DNA of 63,582 nt, filler included, from Octopus bimaculoides (Eukaryota): assembly GCF_001194135.2 (NCBI RefSeq). It is 5 parts of 5 records of this genome, joined end to end, with 100 filler letters (N's around TTAATTAATTAA, not from the genome) between each part and the next. Parts side by side here need not be neighbours in the genome. Positions count along the whole stretch, not along the records: positions 19,902 to 43,072 come from NC_069000.1; 4 more parts are not named here. One strand, written 5' to 3'. Under the pieces are notes generated by a model that saw nothing but the letters and a program-made list of their open reading frames with translations, had not been told where the DNA came from and did not search any database. The position numbers and the translations under genes were made by a program. Below are positions 25,521 through 38,080 of the stretch, one piece after another. Numbering within the stretch: position 1 is the first letter of the stretch; every line of letters begins with the position of its first letter.

Positions 25521-25655
25521 CACACTTGATTAAGACGTTTTTCTTTAGAATCACATACGTCTTGGTTCTACCCTTCCTTATCTATTTAAGACAATAGACT
25601 GGGATCTGAGGGATATTTGGCTACTATTCCTAACAAGGCAAACAATCATGTAATG

Positions 25656-26346
25656 CTGTGGTCCTTAACCCTTTTTTTTTTACCTATTGTCCCTTTGATT
25701 TCTATTTTATTTTACTGGACCCTCATACCAGTTTGATGTTTAAAAAAAAAATCATATATTTTTATAATGAAATATTAATTATGCAGGTGCATGGCTTAAG
25801 AGTTAGGGTATTTAGTTCATGATCATAAGGTCACAAGTTCAATACCCAGTGGTGTGTTATGTCCTTGAGCAAGACACTCTATTTCTTGTTGTTCCAGTTA
25901 ACACACAGATGGTAAAAATGAGTTGTACTTGAGAATATGGTGTGTGGTGATGTTATACAGTGATAAGTGAGTGATGAAATGAGCTTGTAGTATTGTAGTG
26001 GGCTAGGCTTACATTGTAGTATGTTTTGAATATGCTCCTGAACTACACCAAATTTATGTATGTCTGTGGAATGCTCAGCCACTTGCACATTAATTTCATG
26101 CACAGGCTGTTTCATTGATCATATCAACTGGAACCGTTATCATCATAACCAAGAGTGTTAGTTATAAATATTTTTAGGAATTGTATAAAAAATTGTTGAA
26201 ATATCTGTGTATTGTAGAAATATAACCAATTTATTGCACATTATTTTTAACAACATCTTATATGGACCCCCCCCCCCCNNNNNNNNNNNNNNNNNNNNNN
26301 NNNNNNNNNNNNNNCCCCCCACAAGCCATATGGTTGAGAACCACTG
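25656..26346. mobile_element. hAT MITE with a nested SINE; related left-end fragment at 11279-11380
   Basis: Degenerate left end ctgtggtccttaacc and right end ggttgagaaccactg. Internal sequence is similar to 11279-11330. Confidence 0.55.
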
Positions 26347-27744
26347 CTACTGAGTTGGCTTATAAACAGTTATAGGTAATTTCTGGTGGAATTTCATACA
26401 GTAGAAACACATTTCAGGAAATTGAACTGACTGATAAATAAATAGATTGACAGTGGAATTGGTCGATGTGTTATTGACATAATAATTCCAAGAAATTCTT
26501 GTTTAAGTAAAGTGTACCATACGTGAAATAAATAAAAGAAAGCTGTGTTTTATAACAAAGAATGAAGATAACTAAATAACATCTCATTGAAAGACTTGAT
26601 AAAATATGTTAATTATAACTAGGTGCTTGAGAAAAAAAAAATAACGTGATTGCTGTTGGCATTTTGAACATGTCAACAGCATAATTATATTATGAAGAAT
26701 TTTGTCTTAAACACCCTTCCCAAAGAAAAGGATCTCTCACTCCCCACAACACAAAATGTTGTAGATAAAAGTTTGATGATTTGATTATATTGTGAGCTGC
26801 AGGGAATTCTTCAGTGTCAGAGAGAAGGAGACAAAAGAAATCCAGAGACTTAAATCTATTCATTTTATAGTAAATTTCATAACTTACTTTTGCAGTTTAA
26901 TTTGTGCATCATCATCATCATCATCGTCGTCATCATTGTTGTCATTGTCGTCGTCGTTGTTGTCGTCATCATTATTTAATGTTGATTTTTCCATGCTTGC
27001 ATGGGTCAAACAGAATTTGTAGAATGAGGATTTTCTGCAGCCTTTCCTGTCACCAACCCTCAACTGTTTCCAAATGAGGTAATGTTTTCCCATAGCTTGA
27101 CATGTTTTTCTTGGAAGACTGGAAATGAACAATCTTGTTTGTATGATGATAATGATGATGCTCATTTACAACTGTCACATAATCTTTTGTGGGGAGGGGG
27201 CCAGTTGATTAGATCGACCCCATATGCAACTGGTACTTAATTTATTGACCCTGGAAGGATGAAAGGCAAAGTCTACCTTGGCGGAATTTGAACTCAGAAC
27301 ATAAAGCAGACAAAATACCACTAAGCATTTCGCCCAGCATGCTGTCTCAGATTTAAGCATTCTGTCTCAGATATCTCTCCTTCTCACCCATGCTAGCATG
27401 GACAACAGATGTTAAACAAACATACATAATCATCATCCCCATTTTAACATGCATTCTCCATGTTTGCATGGGTCAGATGAAATTTGTTGAGGCAAATTTT
27501 CTATGGTTGGATCCCCTTCCTGTCACAAACCCTTGCTTGTTTCCAAACAAGATAATATTTCTCCTCATCCTTCAAACATAAACAGCACAGTGGCCGAGCA
27601 TGTTTTCACAGAAGATTGCAAAAGAAAGACACTGCTTGCATGTTTATAACATTTGTTTACAGTTAGCATGTGATAACAAGACAGAGACACTCACACACTC
27701 ACTTGCACACGCACACACACACACACACACAATGTATGTAAAAG

Positions 27745-27880
27745 TGAAAGTAAAGATCTCCTTCGGTCATGAATGACCATGGGATTGCACCTAGAAAGTT
27801 CCCCTCCAAAGCACAAGCCCAGGAAAGGTTGTTTATGGAAGACTAACAGTCAGCCATGCATACCGGCCTCCCCTCTCCAC
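27745..27880 (-). mobile_element. Another non-LTR 3' UTR fragment (second copy at 10790-10865)
   Basis: ccttcggtcatgaatgaccatgggattgcacctagaaag shared between the two loci. Confidence 0.5.
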
Positions 27881-28293
27881 ACCAGGGAGTGGGTTTCTGT
27901 CACTCACAACACTTTAGTTGGCCCAGGGTCGTAGTAGAAGACAATTTCCAAAGATGCCATGGGACTGAACTCAAAACCCTGTAGTTAGGAAGCAAACTTC
28001 TTACCAAACAGCCATGCCTGTATATATGTAGATGTGGTAGTGATGGATGGTAAGTCTTTGCCATGACATTGCATGATAATTGTTGATGAGTGTCTCCGCC
28101 ATGCAAACAGTGTCTCTCATTTCTGATTTTCCAAGGTATTTCTGGTCAAGGGGAAATATTACCTTACTTGAAAACAGGCGAGGGTTAATGACAGGAAGGG
28201 TACCCTGCTGTATAAAAATCTTCCTCAACAAATTCCATCCAACCCATGCCAGCTGGAAAAGTAGACATTAAATGATGATGAAGACGATGACTG

Positions 28294-28344
<51 letters not shown>

Positions 28345-28784
28345 ATGAATGCATGTATGTATGTATGTGTGTGTGTGTGTGTGTGTGTTTATGTATGTGT
28401 GTGTGTGTATGTGTGTATGTATGTATGTATGTATCTTTTATCTTTTACTTGTTTCAATCATTAGACCGTGGCCATGCTGGGGCACCGACTTGAAGAATTT
28501 TAGTTGAACGAATTGACCTCAATACTTTTTTCTTTTTAAGCCTGGTACTTATTCTGTCAGTTACTTTTGCTGAACTGCTAAGTTACGGGAACATAAAACC
28601 ACCAGCATTAGTTGTCAAACAGTGGCGGAGGACAAGAAAGAAACAAATGATCTGTAGATTGGTGATGGTGATGGCAGTGGTGATTGTGATGATTGTAGTG
28701 ATGCTGATGGTGGTGGTGGTCACATATGGGTGTTAATGATTCTGATTCTCATCTGAATTTTTGTTAATTCCTTTTCGTTCACAG

Positions 28785-28815
28785 CTGACTAGAATCAATT
28801 TTGGTACAGAATATG
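28785..28815 (+). CDS. Candidate small exon, phase 0-1 (LTRINFGTEY)
   Basis: Strong acceptor tttgttaattccttttcgttcacAG, donor atg|GTatca. Only one frame is open, and it joins in frame to 29240. Confidence 0.5.
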
Positions 28816-29239
28816 GTATCACTTTAACAAGCTAATTATCGGAAATATGTCACAGAATAACATCTCCACCACCACCACTACTACTACTACTACTGCCACC
28901 ACTGACACCATCAGCATGACATCTTCATCATCATCATCATCATCATTTTCATCATCATCATTATCTATTACCATGTTAGGCATTGGTTCAGTTGATCTCT
29001 CGTATATTGTATTGTGCCTGTTGCCTGTGCTGAATTGAGTTCCGCCCAATTTCCTTCCTATACCGGATCACTTATGAAGTCCTTGTGCAGTTTTAAATTT
29101 GAAATTTTGAATATTTTATGACTTTAATTCAATGTATGATAGAAATAATCTTTAAAATAAATTCTGTAGAATCCTGGTGCAGCTGTTTCAACAGCATCGG
29201 TCTAAATAATTTATCATAATTGCTTATTAATTTTTAAAG

Positions 29240-29324
29240 AGTTTAATAATTACTGCAACATTATTCTGAGGGTACATGTAAAGACGACTGTTTATTCAAA
29301 TAAATATTGCTCTGTTGATGACTT
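29240..29324 (+). CDS. Candidate exon, phase 1-2 (EFNNYCNIILRVHVKTTVYSNKYCSVDD)
   Basis: Acceptor ttattaatttttaaAG, consensus donor tt|GTGAGT. The single open frame matches the upstream and downstream phases. Confidence 0.55.
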
Positions 29325-29903
29325 GTGAGTTAGGATAACTACTAATGTGGTTTAATGTTATATACAAAATCAGCTGCAAAATTTTATTCCTGGAACTTCA
29401 CAATTGCATCATTGTTCCTGAGAATAGAAAACTAGACTAAGGACATGAGAAGGTTTAATTTCATCACCCCAGGTTCTCAGTTCAAATCCTACTAAAGCTG
29501 ACTTTGTATTTTATTCCACCTGGATTGAAAAAAAAAAATAATTGCCAGTCATCATCATCATCATCGTTTAACATCCGCTTTCCATGCTAGTATGGGTTGG
29601 ACGATTTGACTGAGGACTGGTGAAACCAGATGGCAACACCAGGCTCCAATCTGATTTGGCAGAGTTTCTACAGCTGGATGCCCTTCCTAACGCCAACCAC
29701 TCAGAGAGTGTAGTGGGTGCTTTTACATGCCACCGGCACGAAGGCCAGTCAGGCGGTACTGGCAACGGCCAATAACATAACGAAATACATGGGGAGATTC
29801 TATTGATTATGTTTTGCTTTTGTACCTTTGTTAGAATTTGATGTTACCTCATAGCAAAATATCTCCTTCATTAATTTCATCTATTTTTTTTTTTTAATTC
29901 CAG

Positions 29904-29952
29904 ATATAATCTAGTTGAAAAAATGATGGACTTGATGAATAAAATGATGTGA
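29904..29952 (+). CDS. Candidate exon, phase 2 start (LYNLVEKMMDLMNKMM*); ends at TGA 29950-29952 or splices at 29948
   Basis: Very strong acceptor ctattttttttttttaattccAG. In frame with 29240-29324, giving ...CSVDDLYNLVEKMMDLMNKM. Confidence 0.55.
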
Positions 29953-30028
29953 CTCTCTATCTAACCCTTACACTCAATTACTATGGCTCTTTATACAGTG
30001 CCATATTGTAACTTTTTTGGAATTATAG

Positions 30029-30058
30029 CAGACTCTCTGTTACTGGATTTAATTTACG
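30029..30058 (+). CDS. Candidate 30-nt micro-exon (phase 2-2 reading IRLSVTGFNL)
   Basis: Branch-like ttgtaac, tttttt tract, AG at 30027-30028 (NAGNAG), consensus donor acg|GTAAGT. It requires the weak donor at|GTGACT at 29949. Confidence 0.35.
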
Positions 30059-30179
30059 GTAAGTCTTAACACTGTTCTGTTTTATATTTTCTCTTCTACA
30101 GGTTCTAACTAATGGACTGTTACCAACCTGTAACACCTCCAGCATTTGTTATTTTATTTACTGATATTATTATATCATT

Positions 30180-30645
30180 ACTAGTAAAATGTTGGACCAG
30201 GTGATGGAATTTACGGAGAGAGTCATAGCCCAACTAATTAGGGAGAGAGTTAACCTAGATGAGATGCAGTTTGGTTCCTTTTGAGTGTTGGGCCTCATGG
30301 AGGTGAGTTCAAGTGTTGTGTTGGGCCTCATGGAGGCAATGACCGAGACCTTTGGCATTATGTTGTGCTTGAGAAGAAAACCCATCAAGCTGAGCAAAAT
30401 TGCAGTCATGGCAGATAGTGGTGTTATGCAAGCAGCACCCGTGTCAGTGGCATGTAAAAGCACCCATTACACTCTCAGAGTAGTTGGCATTAGGAACGGC
30501 ATCCAGCCATAGAAACCATCCCAAATCAAGCTGGAGTCTGGTGCAGCCTTCCAGCTTGCCAGCCCTGGTCAAACCGTCCAACCCATGCCAGCATGGACAA
30601 TGGACATTAAATGATGATGATGATGATGATGATGATAACGATTAT
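30180..30645 (+). mobile_element. Internally deleted RTE LINE: short RT piece plus 3' UTR and (TGA)n tail
   Basis: KMLDQVMEFTERVIAQLIRERVNLDEMQFG at 30185-30275, a duplicated gtgttgggcctcatggagg, then the family C tail ending ttaaatgatgatgat. Confidence 0.8.
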
Positions 30646-31523
30646 GATTATCATAGCAGTAAGGTTGCAAGCTGGTAGAATAGTTAGCACACCAGGTAAA
30701 ACGATTAACGGCATTTTGTCCATCTTTACTTGCCGATCAATGATCAGTTTGTTTGCTGAAATTATAAACAAGACAATCAACTCTTGTTAGATTTGTTGAT
30801 CTGGGGATGCTTCTGGCTGATGAAACATGACACCATCAAAACAATGGCTGTCCTTGAATCTCTTATACTAATGAATCGAGTGTGCTATGAACACACATTC
30901 ATCATAAAGGAGAAACTGTTCTCCGGTGACAATCACAACAGTGATTATCATATTCATATTTGAATATCATCATCATCATCATCATCATTTAACGTCCGCT
31001 TTCCATGCTAGCATGGGTTGGACGATTTGACTGAGGACTGGGGAAACCGGATGGCAACACCAGGCTCCAATCTGATTTGGCAGAGTTTCTACAGCTGGAT
31101 GCCCTTCCTAACGCCAACCACTCAGAGAGTGTAGTGGGTGCTTTTACGTGTCACCCGCACAAAGGCTAGTCAGGCGGTAAGGATGAATATGCAAGTCATC
31201 GTTTTGAATCTTGCTGTTCTCCATGTTTAGGATGATTCATTAAATTTTATTTCTTCCTCAAACGACAGTTGGGAGGCAGAATCCTCACACATCACACAAA
31301 ATATTTTGCAATGTTTTATTACATTCCTTTATTCTGTGAGTTTGAATCCTATCAAGGTCAGCTTTGAAAGTATTTCAAAAACCATTGTCAATGTATTTTG
31401 CTCAAGGTTGTATGGGGAATGTAGATATCAAATCATTATTATTTATGGTGGGTGGTACACTCATTGAAAATCAAAGACTAAGCCACCAATTTGAACACAA
31501 TTACTAGTGGCCCTATTGATCAG

Positions 31524-31886
31524 TTGTTGGCACTCCGTCGCTTACTACGTCGAGGGTTCCAGTTGATCCGATCAACGGAGCAGCCTGCTCATAAAATTAA
31601 CATCCAAGTGGCTGAGCACTCCACAGACACGTGTACCCTTAACGTAGTTCTCGGGGATATTCAGCATGACACAGAGTGTGACAAGGCTGGCCCTTTGAAT
31701 TACAGGCACAACAGAAACAGGAAGTAAGAGAGAGAGAAAGTTGTGGTGAAAGAGTACAGCAGGGTTCGCCACCATCCTCTGCTGGAGCCTCGTGGAGCTT
31801 TAGGTGTTTTCGCTCAATAAACACTCACAAAGCCCGGTCTGGGAATCGAAACCGCGATCCTATGACCGCGACTCCGCTGCTCTAAC
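31524..31886 (-). mobile_element. Family D SINE, head lost in gap
   Basis: Reverse complement closely matches 1210-1565. Confidence 0.9.
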
Positions 31887-34800
31887 NNNNNNNNNNNNNN
31901 NNNNNNNNNNNNNNNNNNNNNNNNNNNNNNNNNNNNNNNNNNNNNNNNNNNNNNNNNNNNNNNNNNNNNNNNNNNNNNNNNNNNNNNNNNNNNNNNNNNN
32001 NNNNNNNNNNNNNNNNNNNNNNNNNNNNNNNNNNNNNNNNNNNNNNNNNNNNNNNNNNNNNNNNNNNNNNNNNNNNNNNNNNNNNNNNNNNNNNNNNNNN
32101 NNNNNNNNNNNNNNNNNNNNNNNNNNNNNNNNNNNNNNNNNNNNNNNNNNNNNNNNNNNNNNNNNNNNNNNNNNNNNNNNNNNNNNNNNNNNNNNNNNNN
32201 NNNNNNNNNNNNNNNNNNNNNNNNNNNNNNNNNNNNNNNNNNNNNNNNNNNNNNNNNNNNNNNNNNNNNNNNNNNNNNNNNNNNNNNNNNNNNNNNNNNN
32301 NNNNNNNNNNNNNNNNNNNNNNNNNNNNNNNNNNNNNNNNNNNNNNNNNNNNNNNNNNNNNNNNNNNNNNNNNNNNNNNNNNNNNNNNNNNNNNNNNNNN
32401 NNNNNNNNNNNNNNNNNNNNNNNNNNNNNNNNNNNNNNNNNNNNNNNNNNNNNNNNNNNNNNNNNNNNNNNNNNNNNNNNNNNNNNNNNNNNNNNNNNNN
32501 NNNNNNNNNNNNNNNNNNNNNNNNNNNNNNNNNNNNNNNNNNNNNNNNNNNNNNNNNNNNNNNNNNNTCAAGTTTTCATTTTTGTGTATGACAGAAAGCA
32601 AGATTGGTCTATCAGGCTTTCATTTCTGTGTATGAAATGAGTTAGACCATTAGGGCTTCCCTATGCATGTGAATTTCTGTGTATGAAATGAGTTAGAGAG
32701 TTAGGGTTTCTCTCTATGCATGTGAAGACTGGATCCAACAAACTCTGTGGAAGAAACCTTTATAGCTCAGTGGAGAGAAGGTGGCTGCAGTAATGCAGAA
32801 TGTAAGATGAAGCAAGTAAAGACATTTTAGTCATCCACTGCATCTATCTCCATCCTCAGGTGTTTTGACCTGGTCTTGCAACTGGATCAAAGGTGGTCAC
32901 AGAGGAGAGAGTGAGATCGATGGTGTGCAGTTTTGGAGGAGAGGCTAAGTCAATTACACTGACCCTAGTGCTCAATTGGTACTTATTTTATTGACCCTGA
33001 AAGGCTGAAAGACAAAATTAACCCCAGCAGAATTTGAACTCAGAATGTGAATATATATGAAATGCCACTAAACATTTTGCTCAGCTTGCTAACATTTCTG
33101 TCAGCTCCTCACCTTAACAATGATGGACTCTCCCATCAAAGACAACATACGAGCGTTCAGCTTTTGCTGAATGGCCTGCACAAATGATTTGCTTATAGTG
33201 ATCAAATGTATATGCCGTACTTTTAGCTCACTGCCCTCCATCAAATAGACATTGTCTGAACAGGTGCACCGCATACCACATGTTGGGTGTTGAAGTGATT
33301 GCAAAGCAATGTAAGATGAAGCGTTTTGCTCAAAAACACAGCACACCACCCAGAAATCATGATCTAGTAATCATGAGTGCAANNNNNNNNNNNNNNNNNN
33401 NNNNNNNNNNNNNNNNNNNNNNNNNNNNNNNNNNNNNNNNNNNNNNNNNNNNNNNNNNNNNNNNNNNNNNNNNNNNNNNNNNNNNNNNNNNNNNNNNNNN
33501 NNNNNNNNNNNNNNNNNNNNNNNNNNNNNNNNNNNNNNNNNNNNNNNNNNNNNNNNNNNNNNNNNNNNNNNNNNNNNNNNNNNNNNNNNNNNNNNNNNNN
33601 NNNNNNNNNNNNNNNNNNNNNNNNNNNNNNNNNNNNNNNNNNNNNNNNNNNNNNNNNNNNNNNNNNNNNNNNNNNNNNNNNNNNNNNNNNNNNNNNNNNN
33701 NNNNNNNNNNNNNNNNNNNNNNNNNNNNNNNNNNNNNNNNNNNNNNNNNNNNNNNNNNNNNNNNNNNNNNNNNNNNNNNNNNNNNNNNNNNNNNNNNNNN
33801 NNNNNNNNNNNNNNNNNNNNNNNNNNNNNNNNNNNNNNNNNNNNNNNNNNNNNNNNNNNNNNNNNNNNNNNNNNNNNNNNNNNNNNNNNNNNNNNNNNNN
33901 NNNNNNNNNNNNNNNNNNNNNNNNNNNNNNNNNNNNNNNNNNNNNNNNNNNNNNNNNNNNNNNNNNNNNNNNNAAAGAAGATCAAAAGCAGTCATGACTA
34001 AATGTGTGTCTTACACAAGGACATAGCATGTCATTAGGTATTGAACTCATGACTTTAATGCCTTTATGATTGTAAGCCTGACACCTCTAACCACCAAGCC
34101 ATGTGTCTTCACACCTTTAATAAATATGTATGTATGTATGTATGTGTATGTGTATGTATTTACGTGCATGTGTGTTTGAGTTTGTCTCCCACCACTACTT
34201 GACAATTGCTCTTGGTTCATTTACATCCCTGTAACTTAGCAGTTTGGCAAAAGAGACCAATAAAATCTGTACTAGACTTAAATACTGGGCCTTGATTTGT
34301 TCGACTAAATCGTTGAAGGTGGTGCCCTAGCATGGCCACAGTGTGATGACTGAAACAATCAGAAAAGTAAAAGGTAGAAGGTAAACAGTAGTAGAATGAG
34401 ATTTGAGGATGATCTGGCTGCTATTTCGTGCAACTGCACGGAAGGTCCTTGGAAGGTCTTCTTCTATTGACTGCTCTCTCACAGGTTTGTAACTCATTTT
34501 GTACATGTTACTTGACTTGAAGAGAGAGGTGGCGGTGGTGGTGATGGCAAAGGTGGCAGTGGTGGTTGGGGATGGGTGCAGAAAAAAGAAAGAAAGAAAG
34601 AAAGATGGGGTGGGTGGTGGGAGGAGCTATAAAATAATGAAGTATCTCGTGAATAGTTGAGCATGTATTATTAATTTCCTTGGAAATAAATTGTCTTCGT
34701 TTGGTTATTTATTTGTTTGCTTTAAGTTAATGAATGTATCTTTGGTTTACACTCAAAAATGGAGTTGGGTTAGCTGCATGTGCACATGTACGCATATATG

Positions 34801-35702
34801 CATGTGTGTACATGTGTGCATATATATGCATGTGTTCACATGTGTGTGTGTGTGTGTGCGTGCAGGTTGTGATTTTCTTTTGTAATTACCCACAACAAAA
34901 TCTGGTGTGTGTGTGTGTGTGTGTGTACGTGCGCATGTGCGTGTGTGTGTGTGTGTGCGTGTGCATGTGCGTGTGTGTTTTTAATTATTTTCATTACATT
35001 TTTTTAATATTATATTTTTTAAAAATACATCCTTGCTCTTAAGATGTCTTACAAGGGTGGGNNNNNNNNNNNNNNNNNNNNNNNNNNNNNNNNNNNNNNN
35101 NNNNNNNNNNNNNNNNNNNNNNNNNNNNNNNNNNNNNNNNNNNNNNNNNNNNNNNNNNNNNNNNNNNNNNNNNNNNNNNNNNNNNNNNNNNNNNNNNNNN
35201 NNNNNNNNNNNNNNNNNNNNNNNNNNNNNNNNNNNNNNNNNNNNNNNNNNNNNNNNNNNNNNNNNNNNNNNNNNNNNNNNNNNNNNNNNNNNNNNNNNNN
35301 NNNNNNNNNNNNNNNNNNNNNNNNNNNNNNNNNNNNNNNNNNNNNNNNNNNNNNNNNNNNNNNNNNNNNNNNNNNNNNNNNNNNNNNNNNNNNNNNNNNN
35401 NNNNNNNNNNNNNNNNNNNNNNNNNNNNNNNNNNNNNNNNNNNNNNNNNNNNNNNNNNNNNNNNNNNNNNNNNNNNNNNNNNNNNNNNNNNNNNNNNNNN
35501 NNNNNNNNNNNNNNNNNNNNNNNNNNNNNNNNNNNNNNNNNNNNNNNNNNNNNNNNNNNNNNNNNNNNNNNNNNNNNNNNNNNNNNNNNNNNNNNNNNNN
35601 NNNNNNNNNNNNNNNNNNNNNNNNNNNNNNNNNNNNNNNNNNNNNNNNNNNNNNNNNNNNNNNNNNNNNNNNNAAAAAAGGCTATACGTGTTTCTGTGTT
35701 AG

Positions 35703-35773
35703 AAATGATCCATTAATTATGGCAGAGTCAAGGAAAGTGTATCAAAGTTACCTGATTAAGATCTTTGAACAAG
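35703..35773 (+). CDS. Candidate exon, phase 2-1 (RNDPLIMAESRKVYQSYLIKIFEQ)
   Basis: gtttctgtgttAG acceptor next to a gap, donor aag|GTAAAT. Phase continues the chain from 30058. Confidence 0.35.
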
Positions 35774-35839
35774 GTAAATGGCTCTACAGAATTAGAATCA
35801 AAGACATCTTTATATAATATAATAATCAATTCAGTATAT

Positions 35840-36068
35840 AGTGATGGCAGTAACAGTGGTGCTGGGGGTAGTGGTGGTGATGGTTGTTGTTGTTATGGTG
35901 GTGGTGGTGGTGGTGGTGGTGGTGATGGATGTTGGTTGTAGTGGTGGTGGTGGTAGTGGTTAATTAAGAATGTGAGTTGTGGTAGACGTGATTGCGAGTG
36001 TTGGTGACAGTGGTAGTAGATGAAGGTGGTGATAGCAGTGGTGCTAGTAGTGGTGGTTGAAGTTGATG

Positions 36069-36111
<43 letters not shown>

Positions 36112-36240
36112 GGTGGTGGTGGTGGCGGCAGTGGTGGTGTTGATGGTGGCAGCAACATTGTCAGTAGTAATAGTGGTGGTGGTGGTATCGGCGACGGCAG
36201 TAGTGGTGGTGGTGGTGGTGGTGGTGGTGACACTTGTTCT
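35840..36240. repeat. (GTG)n/(GTA)n low-complexity block (similar at 28650-28970, 36520-36660, 43675-43745)
   Basis: Direct reading; explains the poly-V, poly-P and poly-S ORFs. Confidence 0.95.
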
Positions 36241-36319
36241 TGAGTTTGTAGAGTAAGTCTCCGAGTTGGTTGATGTAGTGGCTTTTATGCTTCTATGTTG
36301 TCGCTGTTCTTCATCTTGC

Positions 36320-36500
36320 TCCCTTAAGCAAACCTGTAGTCAAAGACATCCCATTCCAGCCATGACCATCCCATCTTTAGTACTGCATTACCAAATGTGT
36401 CTCTTTCCTGTCCTTTATTAAGAGAATGTGAATGTGATTGCACAGAGGCAACTGCTGTTTTTAGCAAGTCTTGTGACCATCTAAGGGCTCTCATTGCCTT
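36320..36500. repeat. Unclassified dispersed repeat (family E; also about 4470-4640, 25560-25650, 34390-34460, 41340-41500, 57440-57600)
   Basis: Recurrent ggcattccagccatgaccatcc and tggctgctatttctagcag-like segments. Confidence 0.5.
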
Positions 36501-36871
36501 CTTGTTATCAATTGTGGTGGTGGAGAGAATATTGTGATAGTTGTGGAAGTAGTAGTTGTGGTAGTCACAATAAGGATGCTGTTGGTGGTACTAATAATAG
36601 CAACAATGATGGTTGAGTGGTGGTAGTGGTGGTGGTGGCAGCAGTGGGGGTTTGATGGTGGGTGAACAGATCGTATTTAACAATTGGAACTTTACTCCTT
36701 CATTGATCTTGCATTGTTTTGTAAGGTAAAGTTCCAACCAGACTCAAATATGTACAAACACACACACACACACATACACACACATGCATGCACATACAAA
36801 CACACAAGCATACATACATACATACAGAATTTGGACTGCTTATTATAATCAAACACAATGTTATCAAACAG

Positions 36872-36905
<34 letters not shown>

Positions 36906-37169
36906 ACATCATTTGATATCTACTTTCCACCCATGCCAGTGGTATGTAAAAAGTACCCAGCACACTCTGTTAAGTGGTTTGCATTAGGAAGGGCATCCAC
37001 CCATAGAAACCATGCCACGACAGACAACCGGAGTCTGGACAGCTCCTTGCTAGACAGCTCCATCTCCAACCATCCAACCCATTCCAGCATGGAAAGTGGA
37101 CGTTAAACATATGTGTGTGTGTGTGTGTGTGAGTGTGTGTGAGTGAGAGAGAGTGTGTAGGGGAAATAG

Positions 37170-37390
37170 CATTAATGGAATGAGGGGAATACGAGATGGG
37201 CAGTTGGACAACACAAGAAGTTACACCAAATTGAGAAAAATTTGATAAGAGATGAATAAAAGGTCAACTCACAAAAAAGAAAATAAAAACACTGAAAGTT
37301 GTGCACAGCCAATAGAATGCTGAGGAAAAAAGGGAAAGGAAAAGAAGTAAACTGACGTTTTGGGGTGAACACTTCATCAAAGTAGAGTAA
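37170..37390 (-). mobile_element. Penelope pLTR-like fragment with degenerate hammerhead (37351-37383)
   Basis: Minus strand: act TTGATGA agtgttcacccc AAAA cgtc agt. This is a CUGAUGA..GAAACGUC motif with C3U and G12A changes. Confidence 0.4.
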
Positions 37391-38080
37391 GAAGTTAGAC
37401 AATAGAAACAAGAAAAGAAACAATAGTATCTGAAGCATGTATCTTTCTGCTATAAGCTAGAGAGAGAAAGAGAGAGAAGGAGACAGACAGACAGAAAGAG
37501 TGTGTGTGTGTGTGTACGTATGTATATATGTAAGAAAACATCAATACATACATATATATATCATCATTATCATCATCATCATCATTTAACGTCTGCTTTC
37601 CATGTTAGCATGGGTTGGACGATTTGACTGGGGACTGGTGAACCAGATGGCTGCACCAGACTCCAATCTGATCTGGCAGAGTTTCTACATCTGGATGCCC
37701 TCCCTAATGCCAACCACTCTAAAAGTTGTAGTTAGTGCTTTTTACATGCCACCGGCACAGGAGCCAGTCCAGCAGTACTGGCAACGGCCACGCTCAAATG
37801 GTGTTTTTTACGTGCCACCTGCACAGGAGTCAGTCCAAATATATATATTGATGTTTGCATTTATGTTCAGTTACAATAAAAACAATTTTACGTTAATCTA
37901 CACAGTTATTCTATACTTTTGCAATGTACAATTTTATTACTCTTATACAAGAATGTTATTGACTGTAACTTCGAAATTTCAACCAGCTAAACCAACATTG
38001 GCAGTCTGATGATGGCTTACCTGGTCAAAATGTTGAAGTCACTGAAAACAGCATTCTTGTTTAAGAATTATATATATACC

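Noticed and set aside
32573-32725. HREKP-like repeat on the minus strand suggesting zinc fingers
   Set aside because: The unit is about 52 nt, not 84, and contains stops.
35964-36256. Poly-P/Y/V, poly-CV, RE and LS ORFs throughout
   Set aside because: Translations of microsatellites.
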